Shown in pieces: positions 9,120-17,828 of a stretch of 64,000 nucleotides of DNA. The DNA comes from Pseudomonadota bacterium. Lineage in GTDB: Bacteria; Myxococcota_A; UBA796; SXON01. The position numbers and the translations under genes are program-made. Location of the stretch: positions 6,469 to 70,468 of the forward strand of contig JBDLRI010000078.1 of NCBI GenBank assembly GCA_039800105.1, in the 5' to 3' direction. The notes beneath the pieces are model-generated. The model was not told where the DNA came from, made no database searches, and was given only the letters and a program-made list of their open reading frames with translations. Position 1 is the first letter of the stretch, and the number at the start of each line of letters is the position of its first letter.

Positions 9120-9869
9120 TCAGCCCTGTGCCCGGGCCGCGATCGCGACCGGGCGTGGGTCGACGGGCGGGGGCTGCCAGCCGCCGCGCTCCACCCGCGC
9201 GAAGGGACGCAACGGCCCCACGCCCGCGACGTAGACGAGGCCGAGCCACAGGTGGGCCATCGCAGCGCCCACGGCGTGGCTGGCGCGCAGCCACCCCTCC
9301 CGCATCCGGTCCAGGCGCACGCGCCGCAGGGCCGCCGTCACGTCCCGCCCGCGCCCGGACTCCCGCGCGCGGGTGAGCTCCGCGCGGCTGTAGGAGACGT
9401 GGAAGTGCTCGTCCTTGAGGATGTCGCGCAGCGCCTCGCGGGTATCGGGATCGGGCAGATCGCGTCGCAGGTACACGTTGAACTGCTCGACGGCGTCGCG
9501 CTCCGCGACGTGGACGAACGCGAGGAACGGAAGCTCCCCCATGCGCTCGAAGAGGGTGCGACCCCCGACCATGCCGTGGTGGTGGACCACGCCGGAGTCG
9601 GTCAGCGCCGCGTCGGCGCGGTCGTCCCGCGCCCCGAGGGCCTCTGCGCGCGCCTGGAACACCGCCGCGTGGCGCCGCTCGTCGAGCGCGTGCAGGAAGT
9701 ACTTGCGACGCAGATCGCGACGGGGCGTGGCCTCGGCGGCGGCCAGCATGTCCAGCGCGCTTGCGCGCTCGGTGTCACGGAAGGAGCGCAGGAATCGCAG
9801 GGGCCAGCCCGGCAGTCGCCAGGCCACCTCTCCGGAGAGGGCGATCCACGCGCGTCGCACGCTTCCCAC
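9120..9869 (-). CDS. ferritin-like (diiron-carboxylate type) protein with a hydrophobic C-terminal segment
   Basis: 249 aa with two ExxH motifs (LDERRHAAVF, KDEHFHVSY) spaced as in four-helix-bundle diiron proteins. Lies 7 nt upstream of the carbamoyltransferase on the same strand. Confidence 0.55.
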   Translation of the reverse strand: MGSVRRAWIALSGEVAWRLPGWPLRFLRSFRDTERASALDMLAAAEATPRRDLRRKYFLHALDERRHAAVFQARAEALGARDDRADAALTDSGVVHHHGMVGGRTLFERMGELPFLAFVHVAERDAVEQFNVYLRRDLPDPDTREALRDILKDEHFHVSYSRAELTRARESGRGRDVTAALRRVRLDRMREGWLRASHAVGAAMAHLWLGLVYVAGVGPLRPFARVERGGWQPPPVDPRPVAIAARAQG

Positions 9870-9918
9870 GCTGACCTCCCGGGGTGCGTTCCCCGTGGCA
9901 GGACATTATCCCGGCTCC

Positions 9919-11136
9919 ATGCCGATGACGCGCCCGGTGGCCCTGCTCCCCTCGCCCCTCCGCCTCCTGTGCCGCGTGGCCATGCTGTTCGCGTGCGTGC
10001 CCGCGGGCCCGGCCCGCGCCGAGAGCTTCGGCGTCCTGGTGCGCTACCACGCCGGGGAGGCGCTGCCGACCACGCCCGTCGAGGTGGTGCTGACCGCGGA
10101 CGGCGGCGCGCCGATCACCCTCACCCTCAAGGACGACGGCGCCCAGCCCGACGTGACCGGCGGGGACGGCATCTCGGCGGCGGCGACCTCGGTCGAGGGA
10201 GCCGTGTTCGCCGTGACGCTGCGGGTCGACGGCAACGAGACGGCGCTCGGCAACGTGTCGTGGGACTCCGTGGGCGCGCGGGATCTCGACATCCGGCGCA
10301 CGGATGCCGGTCCCGTGGCGACGGCGTCCGTGTCGAGCCCGGGCGCGGGACCGGGGGATGCCAAGGGGCCCTCCCCCGGGCCGGCGGGTGCGGCGGGTGC
10401 GGCCTCGGCCGCGGAGGGGGCGCCGGGCGGTGCGCTGCGCGCCGGGGTCGAGGCGACCGCCGGTGGCCTGGCCTCGGCACCCGCGCAGGTGGCGGCGCCG
10501 AAGCGCGACATCGAGCCGCGCCTGGTGTTCGGGATGGCCGGCGGGCTGGTGTTGCTGCTGGTGCTGCTGCGGTTGTGGGTGCGGGGCGGAACCTCGGAGC
10601 CCTCCATGCCCCGCGGGGTGACCCGCGTGGGGCCGCCGGGCCTGTTCGGGCCGGGGACCCCCGCGGTTTCGGGGACGTTCGCCCTGTGGACGGTGGATGC
10701 CGAGCCGCCCGCCCGCGCGGTGGCGGAAGCTGCCCTGATCGCCCGCGTGGCGCGCGATCATCGCGTCTTGCTGGTGGCGCCGGAGGGTCATCCGGCGCCG
10801 GTGGTGGCCGGCGGGCCGGTGCATCGCGCGGCGTCGACGGCGCCGGAAGCCGTCGCGGCGGCCGCGGTCGCGCTCGCCGCCGAGCCGGGACGCCCGCTCG
10901 CGGTGGTGGCGATGGGGCTGGAGCCCACGGCGTGGGCGCCGTTGGAGGATGCCTTGCCTGCCGACCTCGGAGGGATCGGCCTCGTCGAGGCGTCAGCCCT
11001 GCCGCCCGACGGGGACGGCGGCGCGCTGCCCCGCGTGCGCATGGTGCCCGAGGGCGACGGGTGGGGCGTGACCTGCGGCGACGCGCGCGTGCGCGTGCGT
11101 CTCGAGTCGGACGGCCGCGCCGGGGCGCTTGCGTGA
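9919..11136 (+). CDS. hypothetical single-pass membrane protein
   Basis: ATG 9919 inside ORF 9415..11136. Signal-like N-terminus ...MLFACVPAGPARAES and central TM LVFGMAGGLVLLLVLLRLWV. No recognisable domain. Confidence 0.5.
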   Translation: MPMTRPVALLPSPLRLLCRVAMLFACVPAGPARAESFGVLVRYHAGEALPTTPVEVVLTADGGAPITLTLKDDGAQPDVTGGDGISAAATSVEGAVFAVTLRVDGNETALGNVSWDSVGARDLDIRRTDAGPVATASVSSPGAGPGDAKGPSPGPAGAAGAASAAEGAPGGALRAGVEATAGGLASAPAQVAAPKRDIEPRLVFGMAGGLVLLLVLLRLWVRGGTSEPSMPRGVTRVGPPGLFGPGTPAVSGTFALWTVDAEPPARAVAEAALIARVARDHRVLLVAPEGHPAPVVAGGPVHRAASTAPEAVAAAAVALAAEPGRPLAVVAMGLEPTAWAPLEDALPADLGGIGLVEASALPPDGDGGALPRVRMVPEGDGWGVTCGDARVRVRLESDGRAGALA

Positions 11137-11175
11137 CGCGGGCCCATCCGCGGCGATAGCACCGGTTCAGGTCCG

Positions 11176-12798
11176 ATGCTCCTCGCGCTCCTCCCTGCCG
11201 CGCTCGCCCAGGCACCCGGTCCCACCGCGGGCCTGGCGGGCGGCATGCAGATCATGACGGAGACCAACCCTGTGCTGGGGGGAGGGCAGGCGACGGTGCG
11301 CGTGGGGGCCACCGTCGTCTCCGCGTTCGACCTCGAGGCGGAGGTCGGTCGGCTGGAGGGTGCCACCCGTGACCTGGGTTTCGGCTACTGGACGCTGTCG
11401 CCGCGCCTGAACGCCCTCGTGCACCTGACGCCGGATTCGCGCGCGGACCTCTTCTTCACGTTCGGCGGCGGGATGCAGTACGTCGAGGTCCGGCGTCCCA
11501 GCCGCGCGGACCAGCCCGATGACCGCGACCGCGCGCTCTACCGCAACCCGAGCTGGGACTGGGTGGCCGTGGCGGGGCCGGGCCTCACGCTGCACCTGGC
11601 CGGGCCGGTGCACCTGCGGACGGATGTGCGCTGGTACGGAACCTTCGGCGCCGACGCCACCAACGCGCGCCCCGACACCTTCTCCCAGCTGGAATGGACC
11701 GCTGGGCTCGACTTCCGGGCCGAGGCGCCCGCGGATCGCGATCAGGACGGCATTCCCAACCGGGACGACGCCTGCCGCGACGAGCCCGAGGATCGGGACG
11801 GGTTCGAGGATTCCGATGGCTGTCCCGATGGCGACAACGACGGCGACGGCGTCATGGACGGTATCGACCGCTGCCCGGACGACCGCGAGGACCGGGACGG
11901 CTTCCAGGATCGGGACGGCTGCCCCGACCCGGACAACGATCAAGACGGCATCGCGGATGTGCGCGATTCCTGTCCCGAGGACCCGGAGGACCGGGACCGC
12001 TTCCAGGACAAGGACGGCTGTCCCGAGCCGGACAACGACGACGACGGCATCCTCGACGCCCGGGACCGCTGCCCGGGGGAGGCGGAGGACCGGGATGGGT
12101 TCGCGGACCGGGACGGATGCCCGGAGCGGGACAACGACCTCGACGGCTTCGCGGACGGCGTCGACACATGTCCGGACGAGCCGGAGACGGCGAACGGGTT
12201 CCAGGACTCGGACGGCTGCCCCGACGAGGTCCCGCGCGAGGTCAAGCGCTTCACCGGGGTGATCCGCGGCATCACCTTCGAGACGCGCAGCGACACGATC
12301 CGGCCGTCCTCCGAGTTCACCCTCCAGGAGGCCCTGTCGGTGCTCGAGGAGTACCCCGACGTGCGCCTGGAGGTGGAGGGCCACACCGACGACGTGGGCG
12401 ACGACGCCTTCAACCTCGAGCTCTCGGATCGGCGCGCGCATGCGGTGGTGCGCTGGTTCGTGGAGCACGGAGTCGACCCGGTGCGTTTGCAGGCGCGTGG
12501 CTACGGCGAGACCCGCCCCCTCGCGGAGAACGATTCCGATGCCGGGCGGGCCGAGAACCGCCGCGTGGAGTTCCGGTTGCTGCAGGCGGAGCGACCGCCC
12601 GTGGAGCCCGAGTTCCCGACGCCGGAGGAGGTGCGTCCCACGCCGGTGCCCAACGCGCTCGGCATCATCGAGGTGCCGTCCACGCCGATGGACTTCGACG
12701 AGGAGCCGACGCGCTCCCCGGACGTGCCGGGCAAGGACGTCGAGCCGGGCGAGGAGGACGAGGCGCCGCCCCCTCGCCGCCGTCCGAGCTACCCGTAG
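11176..12798 (+). CDS. OmpA-family outer-membrane protein with thrombospondin type-3 repeats
   Basis: About 11 D-x-D-x-DG..D..D.CP calcium-binding repeats (nt ~11740-12235). Then the OmpA-C motif LEVEGHTDDVGDDAFNLELSDRRAHAV...NRRVEFRLL. Confidence 0.9.
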   Translation: MLLALLPAALAQAPGPTAGLAGGMQIMTETNPVLGGGQATVRVGATVVSAFDLEAEVGRLEGATRDLGFGYWTLSPRLNALVHLTPDSRADLFFTFGGGMQYVEVRRPSRADQPDDRDRALYRNPSWDWVAVAGPGLTLHLAGPVHLRTDVRWYGTFGADATNARPDTFSQLEWTAGLDFRAEAPADRDQDGIPNRDDACRDEPEDRDGFEDSDGCPDGDNDGDGVMDGIDRCPDDREDRDGFQDRDGCPDPDNDQDGIADVRDSCPEDPEDRDRFQDKDGCPEPDNDDDGILDARDRCPGEAEDRDGFADRDGCPERDNDLDGFADGVDTCPDEPETANGFQDSDGCPDEVPREVKRFTGVIRGITFETRSDTIRPSSEFTLQEALSVLEEYPDVRLEVEGHTDDVGDDAFNLELSDRRAHAVVRWFVEHGVDPVRLQARGYGETRPLAENDSDAGRAENRRVEFRLLQAERPPVEPEFPTPEEVRPTPVPNALGIIEVPSTPMDFDEEPTRSPDVPGKDVEPGEEDEAPPPRRRPSYP

Positions 12799-12836
12799 GC
12801 CCTGCCACCGAACACGGCCGCGCGCACGACGTCGTG

Positions 12837-12865
12837 TTGACGGGCCTTTCCGGATCGACTACAAC
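12837..12865 (+). promoter_or_regulatory. candidate sigma70-type promoter of the MerR-isc operon
   Basis: TTGACG (12837-12842), 17-nt spacer, TACAAC (12860-12865), 24 nt before ATG 12889. An AT-containing island in an otherwise G/C-rich intergenic region. Confidence 0.35.
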
Positions 12866-12888
12866 CTTCACGTACACGTAAGGGTCGT

Positions 12889-13395
12889 ATGGACGGGCAG
12901 GCACACATGCGGATCGGGGAGCTCTGCGAGCGCTCCGGGCGTACGGCGCGCACGCTGCACTTCTACGAGGAGTTGGGGCTTCTGGCGCCTGCGGCCCGCA
13001 CCCGCGGGGGCTTCCGTCTCTACGACGAGAACGCGCTCGTGCGGATCCACTGGATCGGGCGGCTCCAGGAGCTCGGGTTCTCCCTGCCTGAGATCAAGGG
13101 GTTCCTGGCGAACCTTCACGGTCACCCCAGCGCGCCCGCGATGATGGGGGACCTGCACCGGTTCTACGCCGGAAAGCTTCTCGAGACGCGCGCCCAGGTG
13201 GTGCGGCTGCAGGCGCTGCAGCGCGAGCTGGAGGCGAGCCTGGAGTACCTCGGCGCCTGCCTCGGGTGCGCGCCGGCCACCACGCGTCACGCGTGCCCGT
13301 CCTGCAACGTGCCGGACCACGCGGATCGCGCGATGCCGCCGCTCGTCGCGGCGGTCCACGCCCCTCCCACGGAAGGACACCCATGCCGGTCCTGA
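12889..13395 (+). CDS. MerR-family transcriptional regulator with C-terminal CX2CX8CX2C motif
   Basis: HTH signature [26 protein letters not shown]...FRLYDE, coiled dimerisation helix, then [19 protein letters not shown]. Start could instead be ATG 12907. Its 3' end overlaps iscS by 13 nt. Confidence 0.8.
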   Translation: MDGQAHMRIGELCERSGRTARTLHFYEELGLLAPAARTRGGFRLYDENALVRIHWIGRLQELGFSLPEIKGFLANLHGHPSAPAMMGDLHRFYAGKLLETRAQVVRLQALQRELEASLEYLGACLGCAPATTRHACPSCNVPDHADRAMPPLVAAVHAPPTEGHPCRS

Positions 13396-14609
13396 ACACG
13401 CCGATCTACCTCGACAACCACGCCACCACGCGATGCGACCCGCGCGTCGTGGAGGCGATGATGCCCTACCTCACGGAGGTCTTCGGCAACGCCGGGTCGC
13501 GCAACCACAGCTACGGCTGGGCCGCGCAGGAGGCGGTCGAGCGCGCGCGCGAGGAGGTCGCGGCGCTGCTCGGTGGCCAGGCGAAGGAGGTCGTGTTCAC
13601 CTCGGGCGCCACGGAGAGCGACAACCTCGCAGTGATGGGCGTCGCACGGTTCTACAAGGACAAGGGTCGGCACATCGTCACGGTGCTCACGGAGCACAAG
13701 GCCGTGCTGGACGCCTGCCACGCGCTCGAGTCCGAGGGGTACGAGGTGACCTACCTCCAGCCCGATGCGCAGGGCCTGGTGAGCGCCGCGCAGGTCAAGG
13801 CGGCGCTGCGTCCGGACACCACGCTCGTGTCCGTCATGTGGGCGAACAACGAGATCGGTGTCATCCAGCCGATCGCCGAGATCGGGGCCGCGTGCCGCGA
13901 GGCGGGCGTGGTGTTCCACACCGACGCCGTGCAGGGCCTCGGCAGGCTCCCCTTCGACGTGAAGACCATGAACGTCGACCTGGTCAGCATCTCCGGCCAC
14001 AAGATGTACGGCCCCAAGGGCATCGGGGCGCTGTGGGTGCGCCACGGCCGTCCGCGCATCCGGCTCGAGCCGCTGTTCCACGGCGGCGGCCAGGAGCGCG
14101 GGCTGCGCTCGGGCACGCACGCCGTCCACCAGATCGTGGGGCTCGGCAAGGCCGCGGCGCTCGCCGCGGAGGCCCTCACCAACGGGGAGGCCGAGCGCGT
14201 GCGCGCGCTTCGCGACCGCCTGTGGGACGGCCTGCGCGCGAACATCGACGAGCTGTACCTCAACGGCGCGTGGGAGCAGCGGCTCCCGAACAACCTCAAC
14301 GTCAGCTTCGCGTTCTGCGAGGGCGAGGCGATGATGATGGCGATCAAGGGGCTGGCGGTCAGCTCCGGTTCCGCCTGCACCTCCGCGAGCCTGGAGCCGA
14401 GCTACGTGCTTCGCGCCCTCGGCGTCGAGGCGGAGCTCGCCCACACCTCGATCCGCTTCGGCGTCGGCCGCTTCAACACCGAGGCGGAGATCGACGCGGC
14501 CATCGCGCTCATCACCGAGAAGGTGCGCTGGCTGCGCGAGATGTCGCCGCTCTACGAGCTGGTGAAGGAAGGCGTCGATCTCAAGTCCATCCAGTGGACC
14601 GCGCACTAG
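13383..14609 (+). CDS. iscS: cysteine desulfurase IscS
   Basis: [16 protein letters not shown] start, PLP-lysine motif [10 protein letters not shown], active-site loop [11 protein letters not shown] 13383 lies inside ORF 13266..14609. Confidence 0.92.
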   Translation: MPVLNTPIYLDNHATTRCDPRVVEAMMPYLTEVFGNAGSRNHSYGWAAQEAVERAREEVAALLGGQAKEVVFTSGATESDNLAVMGVARFYKDKGRHIVTVLTEHKAVLDACHALESEGYEVTYLQPDAQGLVSAAQVKAALRPDTTLVSVMWANNEIGVIQPIAEIGAACREAGVVFHTDAVQGLGRLPFDVKTMNVDLVSISGHKMYGPKGIGALWVRHGRPRIRLEPLFHGGGQERGLRSGTHAVHQIVGLGKAAALAAEALTNGEAERVRALRDRLWDGLRANIDELYLNGAWEQRLPNNLNVSFAFCEGEAMMMAIKGLAVSSGSACTSASLEPSYVLRALGVEAELAHTSIRFGVGRFNTEAEIDAAIALITEKVRWLREMSPLYELVKEGVDLKSIQWTAH

Positions 14610-14621
14610 GAGACCCGCATC

Positions 14622-15026
14622 ATGGCCTACAGCGACAAGGTCGTCGACCACTACGAGAACCCCCGCAACGTCGGCTCGCTCGACAAGAACGCCGAGGACG
14701 TCGGCACCGCCATGGTGGGCGCGCCCGCCTGCGGCGACGTCATGAAGCTCCAGCTGCGGATCAGCGACGACGGCATCATCGAGGATGCAAAGTTCAAGAC
14801 CTTCGGCTGCGGCTCGGCGATCGCGAGCAGCTCGCTCGTCACCGAGATGGTGAAGGGCCGCACGATCGACGATGCGCTGCAGATCCGCAACAGCGACATC
14901 GCGCAGGAGCTGAACCTCCCGCCGGTGAAGATCCACTGCTCGGTGCTCGCCGAGGACGCCGTGAAGGCGGCCATCGCCGACTACAAGGCCAAGCGCGCCG
15001 CGCGCGCGGCCGGGGCCGCGGAGTAG
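14622..15026 (+). CDS. iscU: Fe-S cluster scaffold IscU
   Basis: MAYSDKVVDHYENPRNVG, GAPACGDVMKL, FKTFGCGSAIASSS, LPPVKIHCSVLAEDA: all three cluster-ligand Cys motifs are present. Confidence 0.95.
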   Translation: MAYSDKVVDHYENPRNVGSLDKNAEDVGTAMVGAPACGDVMKLQLRISDDGIIEDAKFKTFGCGSAIASSSLVTEMVKGRTIDDALQIRNSDIAQELNLPPVKIHCSVLAEDAVKAAIADYKAKRAARAAGAAE

Positions 15027-15028
15027 CC

Positions 15029-15367
15029 ATGGCCATCGAGCTGACCGAGCCCGCCGTCGCGCGCGTGCGGGAGCTGGCGCTGAAGCGTCAGACCCCCGAC
15101 GCGTTCTTCCGCATCGGCATCCGCGGCGGAGGCTGCTCGGGGCTGTCCTACTTCGTCGATTTCACCGAGGCCGCCGACCCGAAGGACAAGGTCTTCGAGT
15201 TCGGCGCCGAGGACGCGCGCGTGCGCGTCGTCATCGACCGCAAGAGCTACCTCTTCCTCAACGGTACGCAGGTGGACTGGAAGAGCGGCCTGATGAAGAC
15301 GGGGTTCGAGTTCTACAACCCGCTGGCCGGAAAGACCTGCAGCTGCGGCGACAGCTTCTCGGTCTGA
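15029..15367 (+). CDS. iscA: A-type Fe-S carrier IscA/HesB
   Basis: 112 aa with GGGCSG and C-terminal CSCGDSF motifs. ATG lies 2 nt after the iscU stop. Confidence 0.9.
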   Translation: MAIELTEPAVARVRELALKRQTPDAFFRIGIRGGGCSGLSYFVDFTEAADPKDKVFEFGAEDARVRVVIDRKSYLFLNGTQVDWKSGLMKTGFEFYNPLAGKTCSCGDSFSV

Positions 15368-15386
15368 CGGCCGCGCGGAGGGACGG

Positions 15387-15941
15387 GTGAGCTGCTGGGC
15401 GTGCCATGAACCCGTCACCGGGCGCGCATGCGTGGGGTGCGGCGCGCTGCAGCCGCCCCCGCCGCACCCCGACCCCTTCGTCGTGTTCGGTCTCGCGCCC
15501 CGCTGGCACCTCGACCTCGCCGACCTGGATGCGCGGTGGAAGGCCCTGGCGCGACAGGTGCATCCCGACCGATTCGCGGGCCGCCCCGCCGCCGAGCGTC
15601 GCCTCGCGCTCGCGTGGACCGCGGCGATGAACGAGGCCCGCCGGCTGCTGCGCGACCCGACCCGTCGCGCGTGGTGGCTCGCCACGGGTGCCCCGGAGGC
15701 CCCGCAGACCGGCGCGCGCGTCGACCCTGCCTTCCTCGCCGAGGTGTTCGCCTGGCGGGAGGCCGACGAGGAGGAGCCCGGCGCCTTCGCCCGCCTGTCC
15801 GCCGCGCGCCGTGCCGCGCTCGAAGCCGAGCTGGACACGGTCTTCACCGCGTGGGAGGAGGGCGACGGCGCGCTCGAGGCGGTTCCCTCGCTGCTCCACC
15901 GTCTTCAGACCCTGAAGGGCCACGCGCCTGGAGTTTCCTGA
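15387..15941 (+). CDS. hscB: J-type co-chaperone HscB with N-terminal tetracysteine extension
   Basis: J-domain with an HPD motif (QVHPDRF) in isc operon context. N-terminus CWACHEPVTGRACVGC is CX2CX8CX2C. Confidence 0.85.
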   Translation: MSCWACHEPVTGRACVGCGALQPPPPHPDPFVVFGLAPRWHLDLADLDARWKALARQVHPDRFAGRPAAERRLALAWTAAMNEARRLLRDPTRRAWWLATGAPEAPQTGARVDPAFLAEVFAWREADEEEPGAFARLSAARRAALEAELDTVFTAWEEGDGALEAVPSLLHRLQTLKGHAPGVS

Positions 15942-15942
15942 C

Positions 15943-17826
15943 ATGGCAGCCAACATCGGCATCGACCTCGGGACCACCCACAGCCTCGTGGCCGTCGTGC
16001 TCGGCGGGAAGGCGCGCTGCCTGCTGGACGAGACCGGCGACGCGCTGCTCCCGTCCGCCGTGCGGGTGGAGGACGACGGCACGCTGGTGGTGGGGCGCGC
16101 CGCGCGGGACGAGGCGGCGGCGCACCCGGGCCGCACCTTCACCAGCACGAAGCGCTTCATGGGCCGCGCGCCCGCGGACTGCCGCGAGGACGCCGCGCGC
16201 CTGCGCGCCACCCTCGACGAGGCCGAGGGCCGCTTCGTGCGGTTCCGCGCGGGGTCGCGCACGATCACGCCGGTGGAGGTCGCGGCGGCGGTGCTCAAGA
16301 CGCTGCGGGCGCGTGCGGTGGAGTGCCTCTTCGGAGAGCCGGGCGGCGCGGTGATCACGGTGCCGGCCTACTTCGACGACGCCCAGCGGCAGGCCACGAA
16401 GGACGCGGCGCGCCTCGCGGGCCTCGAGGTCCTGCGGCTGCTCAACGAGCCGACCGCGGCCGCGGTGGCCTACGGGCTGGACGCGCGCGCAAGCGGCCGC
16501 TTCGCCGTCTACGACCTCGGCGGCGGCACCTTCGACGTGAGCATCCTCGAGCTGGACGACGGCATCTTCCAGGTGCTCGCGACCGCCGGCGACACCCACC
16601 TCGGTGGGGACGACTTCGATCGCCTCGTCGCGGAGCACCTCCGCAGCGCGCTCGGGCTCGGCGACCTCGACGACTCCGCGCATCGGGCGCTCCTGCAGGC
16701 CGCCGAAGCCGCCAAGCGCCGCCTTGGGGAGGCGGACGCGACCGAGGTGGCCTTCGCGGGGCGCAGCTGCACGCTCACGCGGGAGACCTTCGACGCGCTC
16801 GTGGCACCGGTTCTGGCCCGCACCGGCGACGCCGCGCGCCAGGCACTGGGCGATGCCGGCCTGACGGCCGATCAGCTCGACGCCGTGGTGCTCGTCGGCG
16901 GGTCCACCCGCGCCCCCGTGGTGCGCCGCTACGTGGAGGGGCTGTTCGGGCGTGCGCCCCGCTGCGACCTCGACCCGGATCAGGTCGTGGCGCTCGGCGC
17001 GGCCATGCAGGCGGACATGCTCAGCGGTGCGGCCTCCATGGCCGATGACATGCTGCTGCTCGACGTGATCCCGCTGTCGCTGGGGCTGGAGCTCATGGGC
17101 GGCGTGGTGGAGAAGTTCATCCCGCGCTGCTCGACCATTCCCGTCAGCGCGCACCACACCTTCACGACCCACGTGGACGACCAGACCAGCATCGACCTGC
17201 ACGTGGTCCAGGGCGACCGCGAGCTGGCGCGCGACAACCGCTCGCTCGCGCGCTTCCGCCTCGCGGGGCTTCCGCCCCTGCCGGCCGGGGTGCCGCGCGT
17301 GCGCGTGGAGTTCACCGTGGACGCCGACGGGCTGCTCACCGTGTCCGCGCGGGAGGAGTACACCGGCCTCGAGACGCGGGTGGACGTGCGCCCCAGCTAC
17401 GGCCTCTCCGAGGAGGAGATCGAGCGCATGCTCGAGGACAGCATCGACCACGCCGAGGACGATGTCGAGGCGCGCATGGCCATCGAGGCGCGCGTGGAGG
17501 CCGAGGGCATCCTGGCGGCGCTGGACAAGGCGCTGGCCACCGACCGCGCCCTGCTCGAACCCGGCGAGGAGGAACGCGTGGTGCAGGTCGCCGAGGCGCT
17601 CCGCGCCGCGCTTCCGGGCTCCGACCGCGCGCGCGTGCGGGAACTCTCGCAGGAGCTCGACGCCGTGACCGCGCCGTTCGCGCAGCGGCGCATCGAGCGG
17701 GATCTGACCCGCGCCCTGTCCGGCCGCGACGCGCTCGCGGTGGACGCCGAGCTGGCCTCCCGGGCCGCGTCGGCCGGGGGCGTTGCGGGGGGTGGCCAGC
17801 CCCCCGCCCCAGGCGCAGGAGCCTGA
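15943..17826 (+). CDS. hscA: Hsp70-type Fe-S chaperone HscA
   Basis: MAANIGIDLGTTHSLVAV, DLGGGTFDVS, and the Hsp70 ATPase and substrate-binding layout. The last ~17 codons are encoded by hairpin repeat copy 17776-17813. Confidence 0.93.
   Translation: MAANIGIDLGTTHSLVAVVLGGKARCLLDETGDALLPSAVRVEDDGTLVVGRAARDEAAAHPGRTFTSTKRFMGRAPADCREDAARLRATLDEAEGRFVRFRAGSRTITPVEVAAAVLKTLRARAVECLFGEPGGAVITVPAYFDDAQRQATKDAARLAGLEVLRLLNEPTAAAVAYGLDARASGRFAVYDLGGGTFDVSILELDDGIFQVLATAGDTHLGGDDFDRLVAEHLRSALGLGDLDDSAHRALLQAAEAAKRRLGEADATEVAFAGRSCTLTRETFDALVAPVLARTGDAARQALGDAGLTADQLDAVVLVGGSTRAPVVRRYVEGLFGRAPRCDLDPDQVVALGAAMQADMLSGAASMADDMLLLDVIPLSLGLELMGGVVEKFIPRCSTIPVSAHHTFTTHVDDQTSIDLHVVQGDRELARDNRSLARFRLAGLPPLPAGVPRVRVEFTVDADGLLTVSAREEYTGLETRVDVRPSYGLSEEEIERMLEDSIDHAEDDVEARMAIEARVEAEGILAALDKALATDRALLEPGEEERVVQVAEALRAALPGSDRARVRELSQELDAVTAPFAQRRIERDLTRALSGRDALAVDAELASRAASAGGVAGGGQPPAPGAGA
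17776..17813 (+). repeat. G/C hairpin repeat, short form, copy D (inside the hscA 3' end)
   Basis: GGGGGCGTTGCGGGGGGTGGCCAGCCCCCCGCCCCAGG, read as GGVAGGGQPPAPG, 11 nt before the hscA stop. Confidence 0.85.
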
Positions 17827-17828
17827 AC

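Noticed and set aside
11740-12235. Periodic DNA repeat that might look like a tandem or CRISPR-like array
   Set aside because: It is the coding sequence of about 11 thrombospondin type-3 calcium-binding repeats (D.D.DG..D..D.CP). The units are degenerate at the DNA level, and there are no spacers or leader.
11167-12468. 433-aa minus-strand ORF and other ORFs overlapping the OmpA/TSP3 gene
   Set aside because: They are antisense to a gene with unmistakable TSP3 and OmpA motifs. The periodicity comes from the coding repeat on the plus strand.
12761-12790. Possible relic of the repeat's 5' module (GCCGCCCCCTCGCCGCCG) at the 3' end of the OmpA gene
   Set aside because: Only about 18 nt resemble the repeat and there is no hairpin partner. 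It cannot be distinguished from ordinary Pro/Arg codons in G/C-rich coding DNA.
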